DNA from: Candidatus Krumholzibacteriia bacterium | GTDB taxonomy: Bacteria; Krumholzibacteriota; Krumholzibacteriia; Krumholzibacteriales; Krumholzibacteriaceae | DNA: 64,000 bases | Assembly: GCA_963836185.1 (NCBI GenBank) | Contig: CAWIIQ010000002.1 | Span: 330,144 to 394,143 of the forward strand | Direction: 5' to 3' | Shown here: positions 10,203 to 20,311 of the stretch, in pieces | Numbering within the stretch: position 1 is the first letter of the stretch | How the letters are laid out: each line of letters opens with the position of its first letter | Notes under the pieces: model-generated | The model's database searches: none | Seen by the model: the letters and a program-made list of their open reading frames with translations, nothing else | What the model was told of the DNA's origin: nothing | Position numbers and translations under genes: made by a program

Positions 10203-12356
10203 TTGGCGAAAGTCCGCGTATATCAGCTTGCTCGCAAGTACGAGATCTCCAGTGATGCTCTGCGCAAGATCCTCGTAAAAGAGGGGATCACAGTCAAGAG
10301 CCACATGAGCTCCGTGGACGAGAAGGTCGAGACCTTCATCGAGCAGCATTTCAAGCGCGTCAAGGCTGCCACGACTCGCGAAGTAAAGAAAAAGAAGGAC
10401 AAGCAGCCTCCCAGGGGCGATACCAGACCCCCGAAGAAGGCCAAGGGTAAAAGGCCGAGGAAGCAGGCGAAGAAGCCCGAGACCGACCACAAGGCAGTCA
10501 AGGAAAGCGTAAAGCGCACCCTCGCCAAGCTCGATGTGACGAGAAAATCCCGCAGGCGCAAGCGTGAGAAGGAAGATGTCGTGGTGGTCGAGGAGGATCA
10601 GGGCGTCATGAAGCTGCCTGAGTTCTCCACCGTCGCGGACGTTGCCCAAAAACTCGACATCGATCCGGCCGAGATCATCCAGAAATGCTTCGCTATGGGC
10701 CTGATGGTCTCTATCAATCAGAGACTCGACTCGGATACGATCGTGATGCTGGCCGAAGAGTACGACTTCACCGTTCAGTTCGCGTCTGTTTACGGACAGG
10801 ACATGCTGGCGGGCAAGAAGGAAGTCGACCCCGAGCGTATGATCGAACGTTCCCCCATAGTGACGATCATGGGTCACGTAGATCACGGAAAGACATCGCT
10901 TCTCGACAACATGCGCGACAGTAATATCATCGCCGGAGAAAAGGGCGGGATCACGCAGCATATCGGTGCGTACGAAGTCGAGATCGGGGGCAAAAAGATA
11001 ACCTTCATCGACACACCCGGCCACGAGGCCTTCACGGCTATGCGGTCGAGGGGCGCGCAGCTCACCGACATCGTGATCCTGATCACGGCCGCCGACGATG
11101 GAGTAATGCCCCAGACGATCGAGGCGATCAACCACGCCAGGGCCGCCGATGTTCCGATAATCGTAGCGATAAACAAGATCGACCTGCCGAATGCCGATCT
11201 CGGCAAGGTCAAGCAGGGCCTGATCCAGCAGAACCTCGTGCTCGAAGAGTACGGCGGTAATGTCATGGGCGCCGAGATCTCGGCGAAGAATGGCGTCAAT
11301 ATAGATAAACTGCTCGAGATGATCCTTCTGCAGGCGGAGATGATGGAACTGAAGGCCGATCCCGAGGCCGAGGTCCGCGGAGTGGTCCTCGAGGCTCGCA
11401 AGGAAGAGGGCAGGGGCAATATCGCCACCGTCCTTATCCAGCAGGGAACCCTCAGGGTCGGCGACAATTTCATCACCGGAAATTTCTTCGGGCGCGTAAA
11501 GGCTATGCTCAACGAGCGGGGTAAAAGGATCGATGAGGCGCCTCCTTCGACACCTGTCGTCATCCTCGGCTGCACGGGGATACCGCAGGCTGGAGACGCG
11601 TTCTACCAGATAGAGGACGAAAAGACGGCCAAGGATATCGCCAGCAAGCGTCAGCAGTTCGCTCGCGAGAAGGACCGCAGGCTTGTCCAGAGGATCACCC
11701 TCGAGGACCTCTACAGGCAGATCCAGGAAGGGACCATAAAGGAGCTCAACATCATCGTCAGGGCCGATACGGACGGCTCGGTGGAAGCGCTCACCGACAG
11801 CTTCACATCTCTTGCCACGGAAGAGGTCAAGGTCAACGTCATACAGAAGCTCGTCGGCATGGTGAACGAAAGCGACGTCCTGCTCGCCTCGGCTTCGAAC
11901 GCCGTCGTTATCGGGTTCCATACAACGATCACTCCGCAGGCGGAGATGCTCGCCAAGACCGAGAATGTCGACGTGAGGTTCTACGAGGTGATCTACAAGG
12001 CTATAGATGATATCAAGGCGGCCATGTCGGGTCTCCTCGAGCCGGAGATCATCGAGACGCCTCTCGGCGACGCCGAGGTAAGGCAGGTATTCAAGGTCTC
12101 CAAGACAGGTACGATCGCGGGATGCTACGTCACTTCGGGAACGATAAAGCGCAACGCCCTGGTACGCGTGAAAAGGGAAGGGGATGTCATCCATGAGGCG
12201 GCGATCAATTCGCTGAAGCGCTTCAAGGACGACGTCAAGGAGGTCCAGTCAGGGTTCGAGTGCGGTATCGGGGTCGAGGGCTTCGATGACTATGTCGAGG
12301 GTGACATCTTCGAGGTATATGAAGAGGTAGAGAGGCACAGATCGATCGATGACTGA
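10203..12356 (+). CDS. infB: Translation initiation factor IF-2
   Basis: GHVDHGKT, GGITQHIGAY, DTPGHEAF, NKID, GFECGI motifs. Confidence 0.98.
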   Translation: MAKVRVYQLARKYEISSDALRKILVKEGITVKSHMSSVDEKVETFIEQHFKRVKAATTREVKKKKDKQPPRGDTRPPKKAKGKRPRKQAKKPETDHKAVKESVKRTLAKLDVTRKSRRRKREKEDVVVVEEDQGVMKLPEFSTVADVAQKLDIDPAEIIQKCFAMGLMVSINQRLDSDTIVMLAEEYDFTVQFASVYGQDMLAGKKEVDPERMIERSPIVTIMGHVDHGKTSLLDNMRDSNIIAGEKGGITQHIGAYEVEIGGKKITFIDTPGHEAFTAMRSRGAQLTDIVILITAADDGVMPQTIEAINHARAADVPIIVAINKIDLPNADLGKVKQGLIQQNLVLEEYGGNVMGAEISAKNGVNIDKLLEMILLQAEMMELKADPEAEVRGVVLEARKEEGRGNIATVLIQQGTLRVGDNFITGNFFGRVKAMLNERGKRIDEAPPSTPVVILGCTGIPQAGDAFYQIEDEKTAKDIASKRQQFAREKDRRLVQRITLEDLYRQIQEGTIKELNIIVRADTDGSVEALTDSFTSLATEEVKVNVIQKLVGMVNESDVLLASASNAVVIGFHTTITPQAEMLAKTENVDVRFYEVIYKAIDDIKAAMSGLLEPEIIETPLGDAEVRQVFKVSKTGTIAGCYVTSGTIKRNALVRVKREGDVIHEAAINSLKRFKDDVKEVQSGFECGIGVEGFDDYVEGDIFEVYEEVERHRSIDD

Positions 12357-12370
12357 GCGGGAGGCCCGTG

Positions 12371-12652
12371 ATGATCGTGGCTTGCCTCAGGATCAGGCTG
12401 CACTTGCCCGGCTGTACTTCACTCAAGGAAAAGCGGTTCGTTCTGAAGAGCCTGAAGGACAGGCTGCACGGCAGGTTCAATGTCGCACTCTGCGAGTACG
12501 GCAGCCATGACAAGTGGCAGCTCGCCGATTTCGGCGTTGCGACTGTGACTACCGACACGAGGGGTGCGGACAGCGTTCTCCAGTCGGTCCTTAATTTCAT
12601 GGAAAAGGACGGCCGCATCGAGCTGGTCGAGATAGATAGAGAGACATACTGA
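12371..12652 (+). CDS. DUF503 (YlxP-like) protein
   Basis: SLKEKR..LKSL..RL..RFNVA motif. Usual position between infB and rbfA. Confidence 0.88.
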   Translation: MIVACLRIRLHLPGCTSLKEKRFVLKSLKDRLHGRFNVALCEYGSHDKWQLADFGVATVTTDTRGADSVLQSVLNFMEKDGRIELVEIDRETY

Positions 12653-12668
12653 CACGGCGGGACAGGAT

Positions 12669-13055
12669 ATGAGCGAGAGGATCAAGGGACGGATAGAACA
12701 GACGATACGCCAGACAGTCGCGTCGCTTCTCATGCTGAAGGTCAAGGACCCGCGAGTGGCCGATGTCTCTATCCTGCGCGTCGATGTCTCGAGGGACTAT
12801 TCCGTAGCGAAGATATACTTCAACCTTATCGGCGGAAGTGAGCCGGAAAGGGTCGCCGAGGCCGAGAAAGGCCTGCTCAGCAGCAGGGGATACATGCGGA
12901 TGCACGTCAAGAAGCACCTCAGGCTCAGGGTCATCCCCGAGCTCATCTTCAAATATGATTCCTCACTCGACAGGGCGATGCATCTCGAGGAGATCATCGA
13001 AAGCATTCACAAAGAGGAAGAAGGCACAGAAGGCGAAGGAGAGGAACAGGGATGA
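12669..13055 (+). CDS. rbfA: Ribosome-binding factor A
   Basis: VKDPR, V.VSRD..AK, LRVIPELIF.YD.S motifs. Synteny. Confidence 0.95.
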   Translation: MSERIKGRIEQTIRQTVASLLMLKVKDPRVADVSILRVDVSRDYSVAKIYFNLIGGSEPERVAEAEKGLLSSRGYMRMHVKKHLRLRVIPELIFKYDSSLDRAMHLEEIIESIHKEEEGTEGEGEEQG

Positions 13056-14035
13056 GCGGGGAACGGTTCGAAAAGCAGTTCTCGGAGATGATGGCGTTGT
13101 TCGAACGGCACGATTCTGTACTCGTCACCGGACACATCGACCCGGACGGAGACTGTATCGGCTCGATGTTCGCCATAGCCCTGATGCTCGAGAAGATGGG
13201 CAAGAAGGTCATCTGTTACGCACCGGGTGAGATATCGGAGCTATTCCTCAAGCTTCCCGGCGCATCGATGCTAGCCGGGCGCGAGGCGGCTTCGGACTTC
13301 GAGCATGACCTCGTCGTTGCGGTCGATTCTCCCAACACGGCGAGGACGGAGCATTTCGCCAGGCCGTGTGAGAACGAGGATGTCATAAACATAGACCATC
13401 ATCCAACGAACGAGATGTACGGCTGCGTGAATGTCGTCGATGGTGACGCCGCCGCTACTACCGTGCTGGTATACAGGTTCTTCATCTCCGCCGCTCCTGA
13501 CAGGATGACAGCTGATATCGCCGACTGCCTCTATCTGGGTGTCCTTATGGACACGGGCGGCTTCCGGTTCCAGAACGTGAATTCCGAGGCTCTCAGGATC
13601 TCTTCCGAACTGATCGGCCTGGGAGCGAGGGGATACGACCTTGCTCATGAATATATCTATGTGAAGAAGTTCTCCACTCTCAAGCTGCTCGGCCTCGTGC
13701 TCGATTCACTGCGTCTGCATGTAGACGGGCGGGCTGCGACGATGGATGTTACCCTGGAGATGCTCGAGAGGACGGAGACGACCCTGAAGGATTCGGAAGG
13801 ATTCGTGGATTACGGTGCCGCGCTTGACGATGTGGAACTCGTGGCGCTCTTCAGGGAGAACGCTCCGGGCGAGATAAGGGTCAGCCTCCGCTCAAGGAAC
13901 CATCACGACGTCTCGGCCCTCGCCGAGAGATTCGGCGGCGGCGGACACATGAGGGCCGCTGGACTCACCCTTGAGACCGACCTCATGTCAGCGAAGGAGA
14001 CTATCGTCAAGGGCTTCGCGGAGATGCTCGACTGA
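13052..14035 (+). CDS. nrnA: DHH/DHHA1 phosphoesterase, NrnA-like oligoribonuclease/PAP phosphatase
   Basis: HIDPDGD, IDHH, DTGGF, SLRS, GGGGH..AAG motifs. Confidence 0.9.
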   Translation: MSGERFEKQFSEMMALFERHDSVLVTGHIDPDGDCIGSMFAIALMLEKMGKKVICYAPGEISELFLKLPGASMLAGREAASDFEHDLVVAVDSPNTARTEHFARPCENEDVINIDHHPTNEMYGCVNVVDGDAAATTVLVYRFFISAAPDRMTADIADCLYLGVLMDTGGFRFQNVNSEALRISSELIGLGARGYDLAHEYIYVKKFSTLKLLGLVLDSLRLHVDGRAATMDVTLEMLERTETTLKDSEGFVDYGAALDDVELVALFRENAPGEIRVSLRSRNHHDVSALAERFGGGGHMRAAGLTLETDLMSAKETIVKGFAEMLD

Positions 14036-14061
14036 ATGGGCGCGGAGACGGCGAACCGGAT

Positions 14062-14964
14062 ATGGACGACAGACTCGATAATCTCGTGATCCCAGTTAAC
14101 AAGTCACTCGGCCTGTCGACATACGATGTCATCAGGCGTTTCAGGAAAGCCGTCAGGGTGAGGAAGGTCGGGCACTCGGGCACGCTGGACCCCCTGGCCA
14201 CCGGTCTCGTCCTGCTTCTCACGGGCGATGCCACGAAGCTGTCGGGCTACCTGATGGAACTTCCCAAGACATATATAGCCGATGTCGAGCTCGGAAGCTC
14301 GACCGATACGAACGACACGGAAGGTAATGTCGTAGAGACAGGCGACTGGAGCGGCGTCACTGAGGATGCCATACGCGCGGTTCTACCCTCCTTTCTCGGA
14401 AGGAGGGAGCAGGTCCCCCCGATGTTTTCCGCGCTGAAGCACAAGGGCGTGCCGCTGTACACGATGGCTCGCAGGGGCGAGCATGTGGAGCGCAAGCCGC
14501 GCGAGGTCGAGACGTACGGGCTCACGCTGCTTGCCTGCGAACTTCCCGTCTTCCGGGTCGAGGTCGTCTGCTCGAAAGGTATGTATGTAAGGGTCCTCGC
14601 TGAGGAGATCGGCGCCAGTCTCGGTGTGCCCGCGCATCTGAAGAGTCTCGTCAGGACGAAGATCGGGCAGTTCGACGTCGAGTCGGCCGTCAGGGACGAT
14701 GCTTTAGACGCTATTACGGATATGGATGACCCGGGATTCGGGCTGGCGGAGGCGCTCGGACATCTCAGGCCGGTAGAGCTCGATGAGCAGCAGGTCGCAG
14801 GGGTGCGCAACGGCGCTGCCCCGAGGATGAACAGCGCGGTAGCCCGCGTAGGAGAGATATTGCGGCTGGTCGACGCCGAGGGAGCACTCTGCGCTCTCGC
14901 CGAGGCGGGGCCGGCGGGGATCATGAAGCTCAAGAGGGTCTTTATCAATGATGACCGGAGATAA
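14062..14964 (+). CDS. truB: tRNA pseudouridine(55) synthase
   Basis: KVGHSGTLDPLATG, QVPPMFSALK, CSKGMYVR motifs. Confidence 0.96.
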   Translation: MDDRLDNLVIPVNKSLGLSTYDVIRRFRKAVRVRKVGHSGTLDPLATGLVLLLTGDATKLSGYLMELPKTYIADVELGSSTDTNDTEGNVVETGDWSGVTEDAIRAVLPSFLGRREQVPPMFSALKHKGVPLYTMARRGEHVERKPREVETYGLTLLACELPVFRVEVVCSKGMYVRVLAEEIGASLGVPAHLKSLVRTKIGQFDVESAVRDDALDAITDMDDPGFGLAEALGHLRPVELDEQQVAGVRNGAAPRMNSAVARVGEILRLVDAEGALCALAEAGPAGIMKLKRVFINDDRR

Positions 14965-14970
14965 GAGGCT

Positions 14971-15915
14971 ATGACACTGCTTGTCAGGAGTGAGGACGCG
15001 GCAGGGATCGAACGGATCGATTCGGCCGTCACTATCGGGGTCTTTGACGGGGTCCACACGGGCCATCAGAAAGTCATCTCCGAGGCGCTCGGGAAGGCGC
15101 GGGAGGCAGGCCTGAAGAGGACCGTCCTTGTGACATTCGACAGACACCCGATGAGTGTGACTCGGCCGGAAGCGGCTCCGGGGCTCCTTACGACCCTCGA
15201 CGAGAAACTCTCGCTCCTGCAGGACCTTGATCTCGACATGATATTCGTGGAGAGGTTCGACGGCGAGACCGCCTCGATCCCCTACACAGGCTATATAAGG
15301 GAAAGGCTCGCGGGCTCCCTCGGGATGAAGCAGCTGGTCGTCGGATACGACTTCCATCTCGGCAGGGGAAGAGAGGGGGGCAGCGAGGCTCTTATCGAGG
15401 AGGGACGCAGGGCGGGATTCGGCGTGACCGTCGTTCCCCCCGTGGTAGTGGGCGGCACAGCCGTTTCGAGCACGCGGATACGCAAGGATGTCATGGAGAG
15501 GAAGATGGGCCGTGCGGCGAGATTCCTCACCCGACCCTATTTCTTTGATGCCGACGTCGAGAGCGGGGGCGGGGTGGGCCGCGAACTGGGGTACCCGACA
15601 GCCAACGCCTGCGTTGCGCACAGCGAGAAGCTCATACCGCCGGGAGGGGCCTATGCGGTAACCGTCGATACGGGCGAGAAGGTCCACTGGGGGATGATGA
15701 ACATCGGTCTCGCTCCGACGATCAGGTGCGACGGGCGCGAGAGTATAGAGGTCCATCTCTTCGACTTCAACGGAGACCTCTACGGCAGCCGGCTGCGGAT
15801 AAATGTCGTCGAATACATCCGGGACGAGAGGCGATTCCGCGGTCGTGACGAGCTGATGGAACAGCTTCTGCAGGATAGCGTAAAGGTCAGGGGGATTCTG
15901 GAAAAGAAACGTTGA
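14971..15915 (+). CDS. ribF: Bifunctional riboflavin kinase/FAD synthetase
   Basis: IGVFDGVHTGHQ, VGYDFH.G, VSSTRIR, GYPTAN, EVHLFDF motifs. Confidence 0.96.
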   Translation: MTLLVRSEDAAGIERIDSAVTIGVFDGVHTGHQKVISEALGKAREAGLKRTVLVTFDRHPMSVTRPEAAPGLLTTLDEKLSLLQDLDLDMIFVERFDGETASIPYTGYIRERLAGSLGMKQLVVGYDFHLGRGREGGSEALIEEGRRAGFGVTVVPPVVVGGTAVSSTRIRKDVMERKMGRAARFLTRPYFFDADVESGGGVGRELGYPTANACVAHSEKLIPPGGAYAVTVDTGEKVHWGMMNIGLAPTIRCDGRESIEVHLFDFNGDLYGSRLRINVVEYIRDERRFRGRDELMEQLLQDSVKVRGILEKKR

Positions 15916-15939
15916 CAATCCTAAAAAGTCGTGTATGTT
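15912..15939 (+). promoter_or_regulatory. Putative sigma70 promoter for rpsO-pnp
   Basis: TTGACA (15912-15917) -N16- TATGTT (15934-15939). Confidence 0.5.
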
Positions 15940-16041
15940 TGGTTATTGCGCTTGACATACAAGGCAGTTTGAGGCGGATTGGGCATGGGGCCCTTTCTGC
16001 TGCCATCGTGTATCAGCACGAGTATGAAGGAGGTCAGGACG

Positions 16042-16311
16042 ATGGCACTGCAAAAGGACACGAAAAAAGAGGTTATCAGCAAGTTCCGGCTGCACGAGTT
16101 GGACTCGGGGTCGCCGGAAGTGCAGATCGCGCTCCTCACAGAGCGAATCAACGCTCTTACCGAGCACTTCAAGGTTCACAAGAAAGACTTCGCGTCGAGA
16201 CGCGGGCTTCTCAAGCTCGTCGGACGCCGCCGCAAGCTTCTTGATTACCTGAAGAAGAGCAGGATCGAGAAGTATCGCGAGCTCATCAAGGAACTAAACC
16301 TCAGGAAGTAA
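16042..16311 (+). CDS. rpsO: 30S ribosomal protein S15
   Basis: [17 protein letters not shown]...HKKD..SRRGLLK.VG.RR.LL.YL. SD AAGGAGG upstream of ATG 16042. Confidence 0.98.
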   Translation: MALQKDTKKEVISKFRLHELDSGSPEVQIALLTERINALTEHFKVHKKDFASRRGLLKLVGRRRKLLDYLKKSRIEKYRELIKELNLRK

Positions 16312-16406
16312 GCTCAGGCTTTATTGTTTCCACCGCCGGTGTCGTGGCCGGGTAGGTGGAGTAGTACCTTCTGTTGATATTGGCAGATGGAGAAGAGAGA
16401 AAAGGA

Positions 16407-18563
16407 ATGATCAGAAAGACAAAGCAGATCGATGGAAGAGAACTCTTCATCGAGACAGGGCGAATCGCCAGACAGGCTGACGGCTCGGTCCTGGTAGGGG
16501 AAGAGGGGACCACCGTCCTCGTCACGGCAGTCTCATCAGAGGCCGTGAGCGACAGGGGGTTCTTCCCGCTCTTCGTCGAGTACAGGGAAAAATTTTACGC
16601 CGCCGGCAAGATCCCCGGCGGATTCTTCAAGCGTGAGGGAAGGCCCTCCGAGAGGGAGACCCTCGGAGCGAGGCAGATAGACCGGCCGATCAGGCCGCTC
16701 TTTCCCGAGGGCTTCATGAGCGAGGTCCAGGTGGCTTGTACGGTCCTGAGCAGCGATCAGCAGCATCAGGCAGACATCCTGGGTATCATCGGCGCGTCGC
16801 TTTCGCTGAACATGTCGAACATCCCGTTCGACACGATTGTCAGCGGAGTGCGGGTCGGCCTGAAGGACGGCGAGTTCATCCTCAACCCGACCTTCGATCA
16901 GCTTGAGGAGAGCGAGCTCGAGCTCGTCATCGCCGGTTCAGACGAGGCGATCATCATGGTCGAGGGGGATGCCAAAGAGCTCCCCGAAGCGAAGATCATG
17001 GAAGCGCTCGAATTCGGACACGTGAAGATAAAGGAACTGAACGCCTTCCAGAGGGAAGTGCTCGCCGAGTGCGACATCCCCGAGAAGAGGACGTTTGAGG
17101 TGACCGAGGTAGATCAGGACCTCCAGCAGAGGCTGAGGCATGACTATCTCCAGGGAGTCGACCAGGCCTGTCGCGTAAAGGGCAAGCATAAGAGAGCGAA
17201 GGCTCTTTCGAATCTGACGGCCGAGGCCCTCGAAAAATACGGCGAGGAATTCCCCGAGTCGGAAAAAGCCATAAAGAACATCATGCACGACCTCGAGCGT
17301 GAGGCTGTCAGGAAGATGATCCTCGACGAGAAGGTCAGGACCGACGGCCGTGCCTACGATGAGGTACGTGACATCAAGTGCGAGATCGCGGTACTCCCGA
17401 GGACCCACGGCAGCGCCCTGTTCACCAGGGGAGAGACTCAGGCTCTCGTCGTGACGACACTCGGCACCTCGCAGGACGAGCAGCGCATCGACGCGCTGTC
17501 GGGCGAGAGCTGGAAGAAGTACATGCTTCATTACAACTTCCCGCCGTTCAGTGTCGGCGAGGTCGGATTCTTCCGCGGCCCCGGCCGCAGGGAGATCGGC
17601 CACGGAGCGCTCGCCGAGAGGGCGATCAGCCCCGTTATCCCCACTGACGAGGATTTCCCCTACACGGTCAGGGTGGTCTCCGACGTCATGGAGTCGAACG
17701 GCTCCAGCTCGATGGCCACTGTCTGCGGCGGAAGCCTCGCGCTGATGGATGCCGGCGTACCTATCAAAAAGCCCGTTGCGGGTGTTGCGATGGGTATGAT
17801 CACGGAGGACGGCAAGCACGCGATCCTCACCGATATCCTCGGACTCGAGGACCATCTCGGCGACATGGACTTCAAGGTCACCGGGACGTGCGACGGCGTG
17901 ACCGGGTTCCAGATGGACACCAAGGTCATGGGTATCTCGAAAGAGGTAATGACCGAAGCGCTCGAGCAGGCGAAGAGGGCAAGACTGCAGATCCTCGATA
18001 TCATGAACGGGACAATCGACAAGGCGCGAGACGACATCTCGCCCTTCGCTCCTAAGATCCACCAGATCAAGGTGCCTGTCGACAAGATCCGTGAGATCAT
18101 CGGCCCGGGAGGCAAGATGATCAGGCATATCCAGGATACTTCAGGCGCGAAGATCGACATCGATGATGACGGCACAGTCACTATCGCCGCCATCGACGGA
18201 GAGTCGCATGACAAGGCGATGGCGATGCTCGAAGAGATCACCGCCGAGCCCGAAGTCGACAAGGTCTACAAGGGCAAGGTCAGGAGCGTCGTCCAGTTCG
18301 GCGCCTTCGTAGAGATCATGCCGGGCCGTGACGGGCTGCTGCACATCTCCGAGATAGACATCAACCGTGTCGAAAGAGTCGAGGATGTTCTCAACGTCGG
18401 TGACGAGATCGAGGTCAAGGTCGTCAACGTCGATCGCGACGGCAAGATCCGCCTCAGCCGCAAGGTGCTTCTCCCGGATTACGACGAGGAAAAGCACGGA
18501 AGCAGCAGGGACGGGGGCCGAAGAGGCGGCGGCGACCGTGGCGGTCGCGGCGGCCGACGCTGA
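16407..18563 (+). CDS. pnp: Polyribonucleotide nucleotidyltransferase (PNPase)
   Basis: GKIPGGFFKREG, HGSALFTRGETQ, RREIGHG, ESNGSSSMA, GDMDFKV, KH and S1 domains. Confidence 0.98.
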   Translation: MIRKTKQIDGRELFIETGRIARQADGSVLVGEEGTTVLVTAVSSEAVSDRGFFPLFVEYREKFYAAGKIPGGFFKREGRPSERETLGARQIDRPIRPLFPEGFMSEVQVACTVLSSDQQHQADILGIIGASLSLNMSNIPFDTIVSGVRVGLKDGEFILNPTFDQLEESELELVIAGSDEAIIMVEGDAKELPEAKIMEALEFGHVKIKELNAFQREVLAECDIPEKRTFEVTEVDQDLQQRLRHDYLQGVDQACRVKGKHKRAKALSNLTAEALEKYGEEFPESEKAIKNIMHDLEREAVRKMILDEKVRTDGRAYDEVRDIKCEIAVLPRTHGSALFTRGETQALVVTTLGTSQDEQRIDALSGESWKKYMLHYNFPPFSVGEVGFFRGPGRREIGHGALAERAISPVIPTDEDFPYTVRVVSDVMESNGSSSMATVCGGSLALMDAGVPIKKPVAGVAMGMITEDGKHAILTDILGLEDHLGDMDFKVTGTCDGVTGFQMDTKVMGISKEVMTEALEQAKRARLQILDIMNGTIDKARDDISPFAPKIHQIKVPVDKIREIIGPGGKMIRHIQDTSGAKIDIDDDGTVTIAAIDGESHDKAMAMLEEITAEPEVDKVYKGKVRSVVQFGAFVEIMPGRDGLLHISEIDINRVERVEDVLNVGDEIEVKVVNVDRDGKIRLSRKVLLPDYDEEKHGSSRDGGRRGGGDRGGRGGRR

Positions 18564-18569
18564 TCCATT

Positions 18570-19835
18570 ATGATAAAACTGCCAGAACCACGCAGGATCG
18601 CCCTTGATTCAGGGGCGGTCCTGCTTTATCAGAAGAACATCGTTCCGCAGACAGCGGCGTTCGGCGTATGGATAAGGAAGGGCTCCCGTGACGAGGGACC
18701 CGGCCAGCGCGGGATGTCGCATGTCCTCGAGCACATGGTGTTCCGCGGAACGCCGTCACGCACCGGCCTCGATATCGCGCTCGACCTCGAGTCGATCGGC
18801 GGCCAGTGGGACGCTTTCACCAGCAAGGAATCTGTCTGCTATTACGGGAGGACGCTCGAGGAGCACTTCCCGCAGCTGGCCGACGTCTTCTCCGACATCG
18901 TCCTCAATCCCCTGGTCGAGTCTCCGTCATTGAGGACGGAGCTGAAGGTGATAAGAGAGGAGATCAGGAGCGTCAATGACTCTCCCGAGGAGGAGGTCTA
19001 CGAGCTCTTCTTCAAGGGGCTGTTCAACGGAAGCCAGCTCGGGTACCCCGTCGCGGGCAACCTCATGGACCTTTCCAGGATAAACCGGGACGGCCTGACG
19101 GCCTTTCACAGGAAGACCTACACGGCGGCGAACACGGTATTCGCCTATATCGGCACTCTCGCTCCCGGAAAGGTGGCGCGGATGCTGGACAGTAGATTTA
19201 CCTTCCAGCTCAAGGGGAGGCGCCCGGGGCTCAGGCGCGACAGTATCATGCCGGCCGTCTCCAGGTCGATCCGCAGGAGCGGATGGAAGCAGTACCATAC
19301 GTGTATCGGCAGCCGGACCGTTTCCGCGGGCCACCCTTTGAGGTTCGCCGTGATGCTCCTGTCCGGGATCATAGGCGGCGGGGTCTCCTCGAGGTTGTTC
19401 CAGAGCATGAGGGAGAAGGCGGGTCTCGCTTATTCGGTCTTTTCAAACGTTAATTTGTGGAGCGACACGGGCGCCTTTTCGGTATACTTCTGTGTCGATC
19501 CGAAAAATCTGCGGCCGGCTCTTGATATCTTCGAAAAGGAGATCGAAAAGCTTCGCAGCGGCGGTGTCACTCGTGAAGAGCTAGAGAGCGCCAGGGCGCA
19601 GCTGAAGGGATCGATAATCTTCGGCCTCGAAAGCTCGGAGACGAGATTGTTCAGACTCTTTCACGAAGAGTGCTACCTCGGCAGTTTCAGGAAGGTCGAG
19701 GATGTGCTCAGGGACATAGACGCGGTAGATACGGGCATGATCGCAGAGGCAGCAGATATGCTTCTCGCGCCGGACCGGCTCATCCGGGCGACATGCGGTC
19801 CGGAAGGCGCGTCCGGAAGGAAAACGGGCAGATGA
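18570..19835 (+). CDS. M16 (pitrilysin-family) zinc peptidase
   Basis: HxxEH (HVLEHMVF) and SSRLFQ..RE..GLAYSV motifs. Typical location after pnp. Confidence 0.92.
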   Translation: MIKLPEPRRIALDSGAVLLYQKNIVPQTAAFGVWIRKGSRDEGPGQRGMSHVLEHMVFRGTPSRTGLDIALDLESIGGQWDAFTSKESVCYYGRTLEEHFPQLADVFSDIVLNPLVESPSLRTELKVIREEIRSVNDSPEEEVYELFFKGLFNGSQLGYPVAGNLMDLSRINRDGLTAFHRKTYTAANTVFAYIGTLAPGKVARMLDSRFTFQLKGRRPGLRRDSIMPAVSRSIRRSGWKQYHTCIGSRTVSAGHPLRFAVMLLSGIIGGGVSSRLFQSMREKAGLAYSVFSNVNLWSDTGAFSVYFCVDPKNLRPALDIFEKEIEKLRSGGVTREELESARAQLKGSIIFGLESSETRLFRLFHEECYLGSFRKVEDVLRDIDAVDTGMIAEAADMLLAPDRLIRATCGPEGASGRKTGR

Positions 19836-20311
19836 GCAGCGGGTCTAAAGAAAATGCGCCAGTCACCATCGAGATCAGGTATCTCCCCCACTACGAAAAA
19901 TTGCCTCCCATCGCCCGCATGACCGAAGGATCGAGCGGATTCGATCTTCACGCGGCCTGCGAAGGAGAGATAATGGTCGAGCCGGGCAGGGTGGCCCTCA
20001 TCCCCGCCGGGTTCGAGATGGCCGTCCCCCGGGGATTCGAGGCGCAGGTAAGGCCCCGCAGCGGACTTGCCCTTAAAAGCATGATCGGACTGCTCAACAG
20101 CCCCGGCACTATCGACAGCGACTACCGCGGAGAAGTCGGCGTGATCCTCTTCAACTTCGGGAGCGAGGATTTCGTTGTCCGCAGGGGGGACCGGATAGCG
20201 CAGATGGTCATCTGCGGCCTTCCCGAAGCTGAGCTCGTCGAGACCGAAGAGCTCGACGACACAGCCCGCGGCCCGGGAGGGTTCGGCCATACGGGCAGGG
20301 GACGGAGATGA
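19832..20311 (+). CDS. dut: dUTP diphosphatase
   Basis: All five dUTPase motifs: GFDL, RPRSGLA, GTIDSDYRGE, RIAQ, RGPGGFGHTG. Confidence 0.97.
   Translation: MSSGSKENAPVTIEIRYLPHYEKLPPIARMTEGSSGFDLHAACEGEIMVEPGRVALIPAGFEMAVPRGFEAQVRPRSGLALKSMIGLLNSPGTIDSDYRGEVGVILFNFGSEDFVVRRGDRIAQMVICGLPEAELVETEELDDTARGPGGFGHTGRGRR

Noticed and set aside
8495-12194. Long antisense ORFs (8495-10165, 9909-12194; likewise 31456-33918, 57907-59778)
   Set aside because: These are shadow ORFs of high-GC coding strands opposite well-identified genes, with no recognisable motifs.
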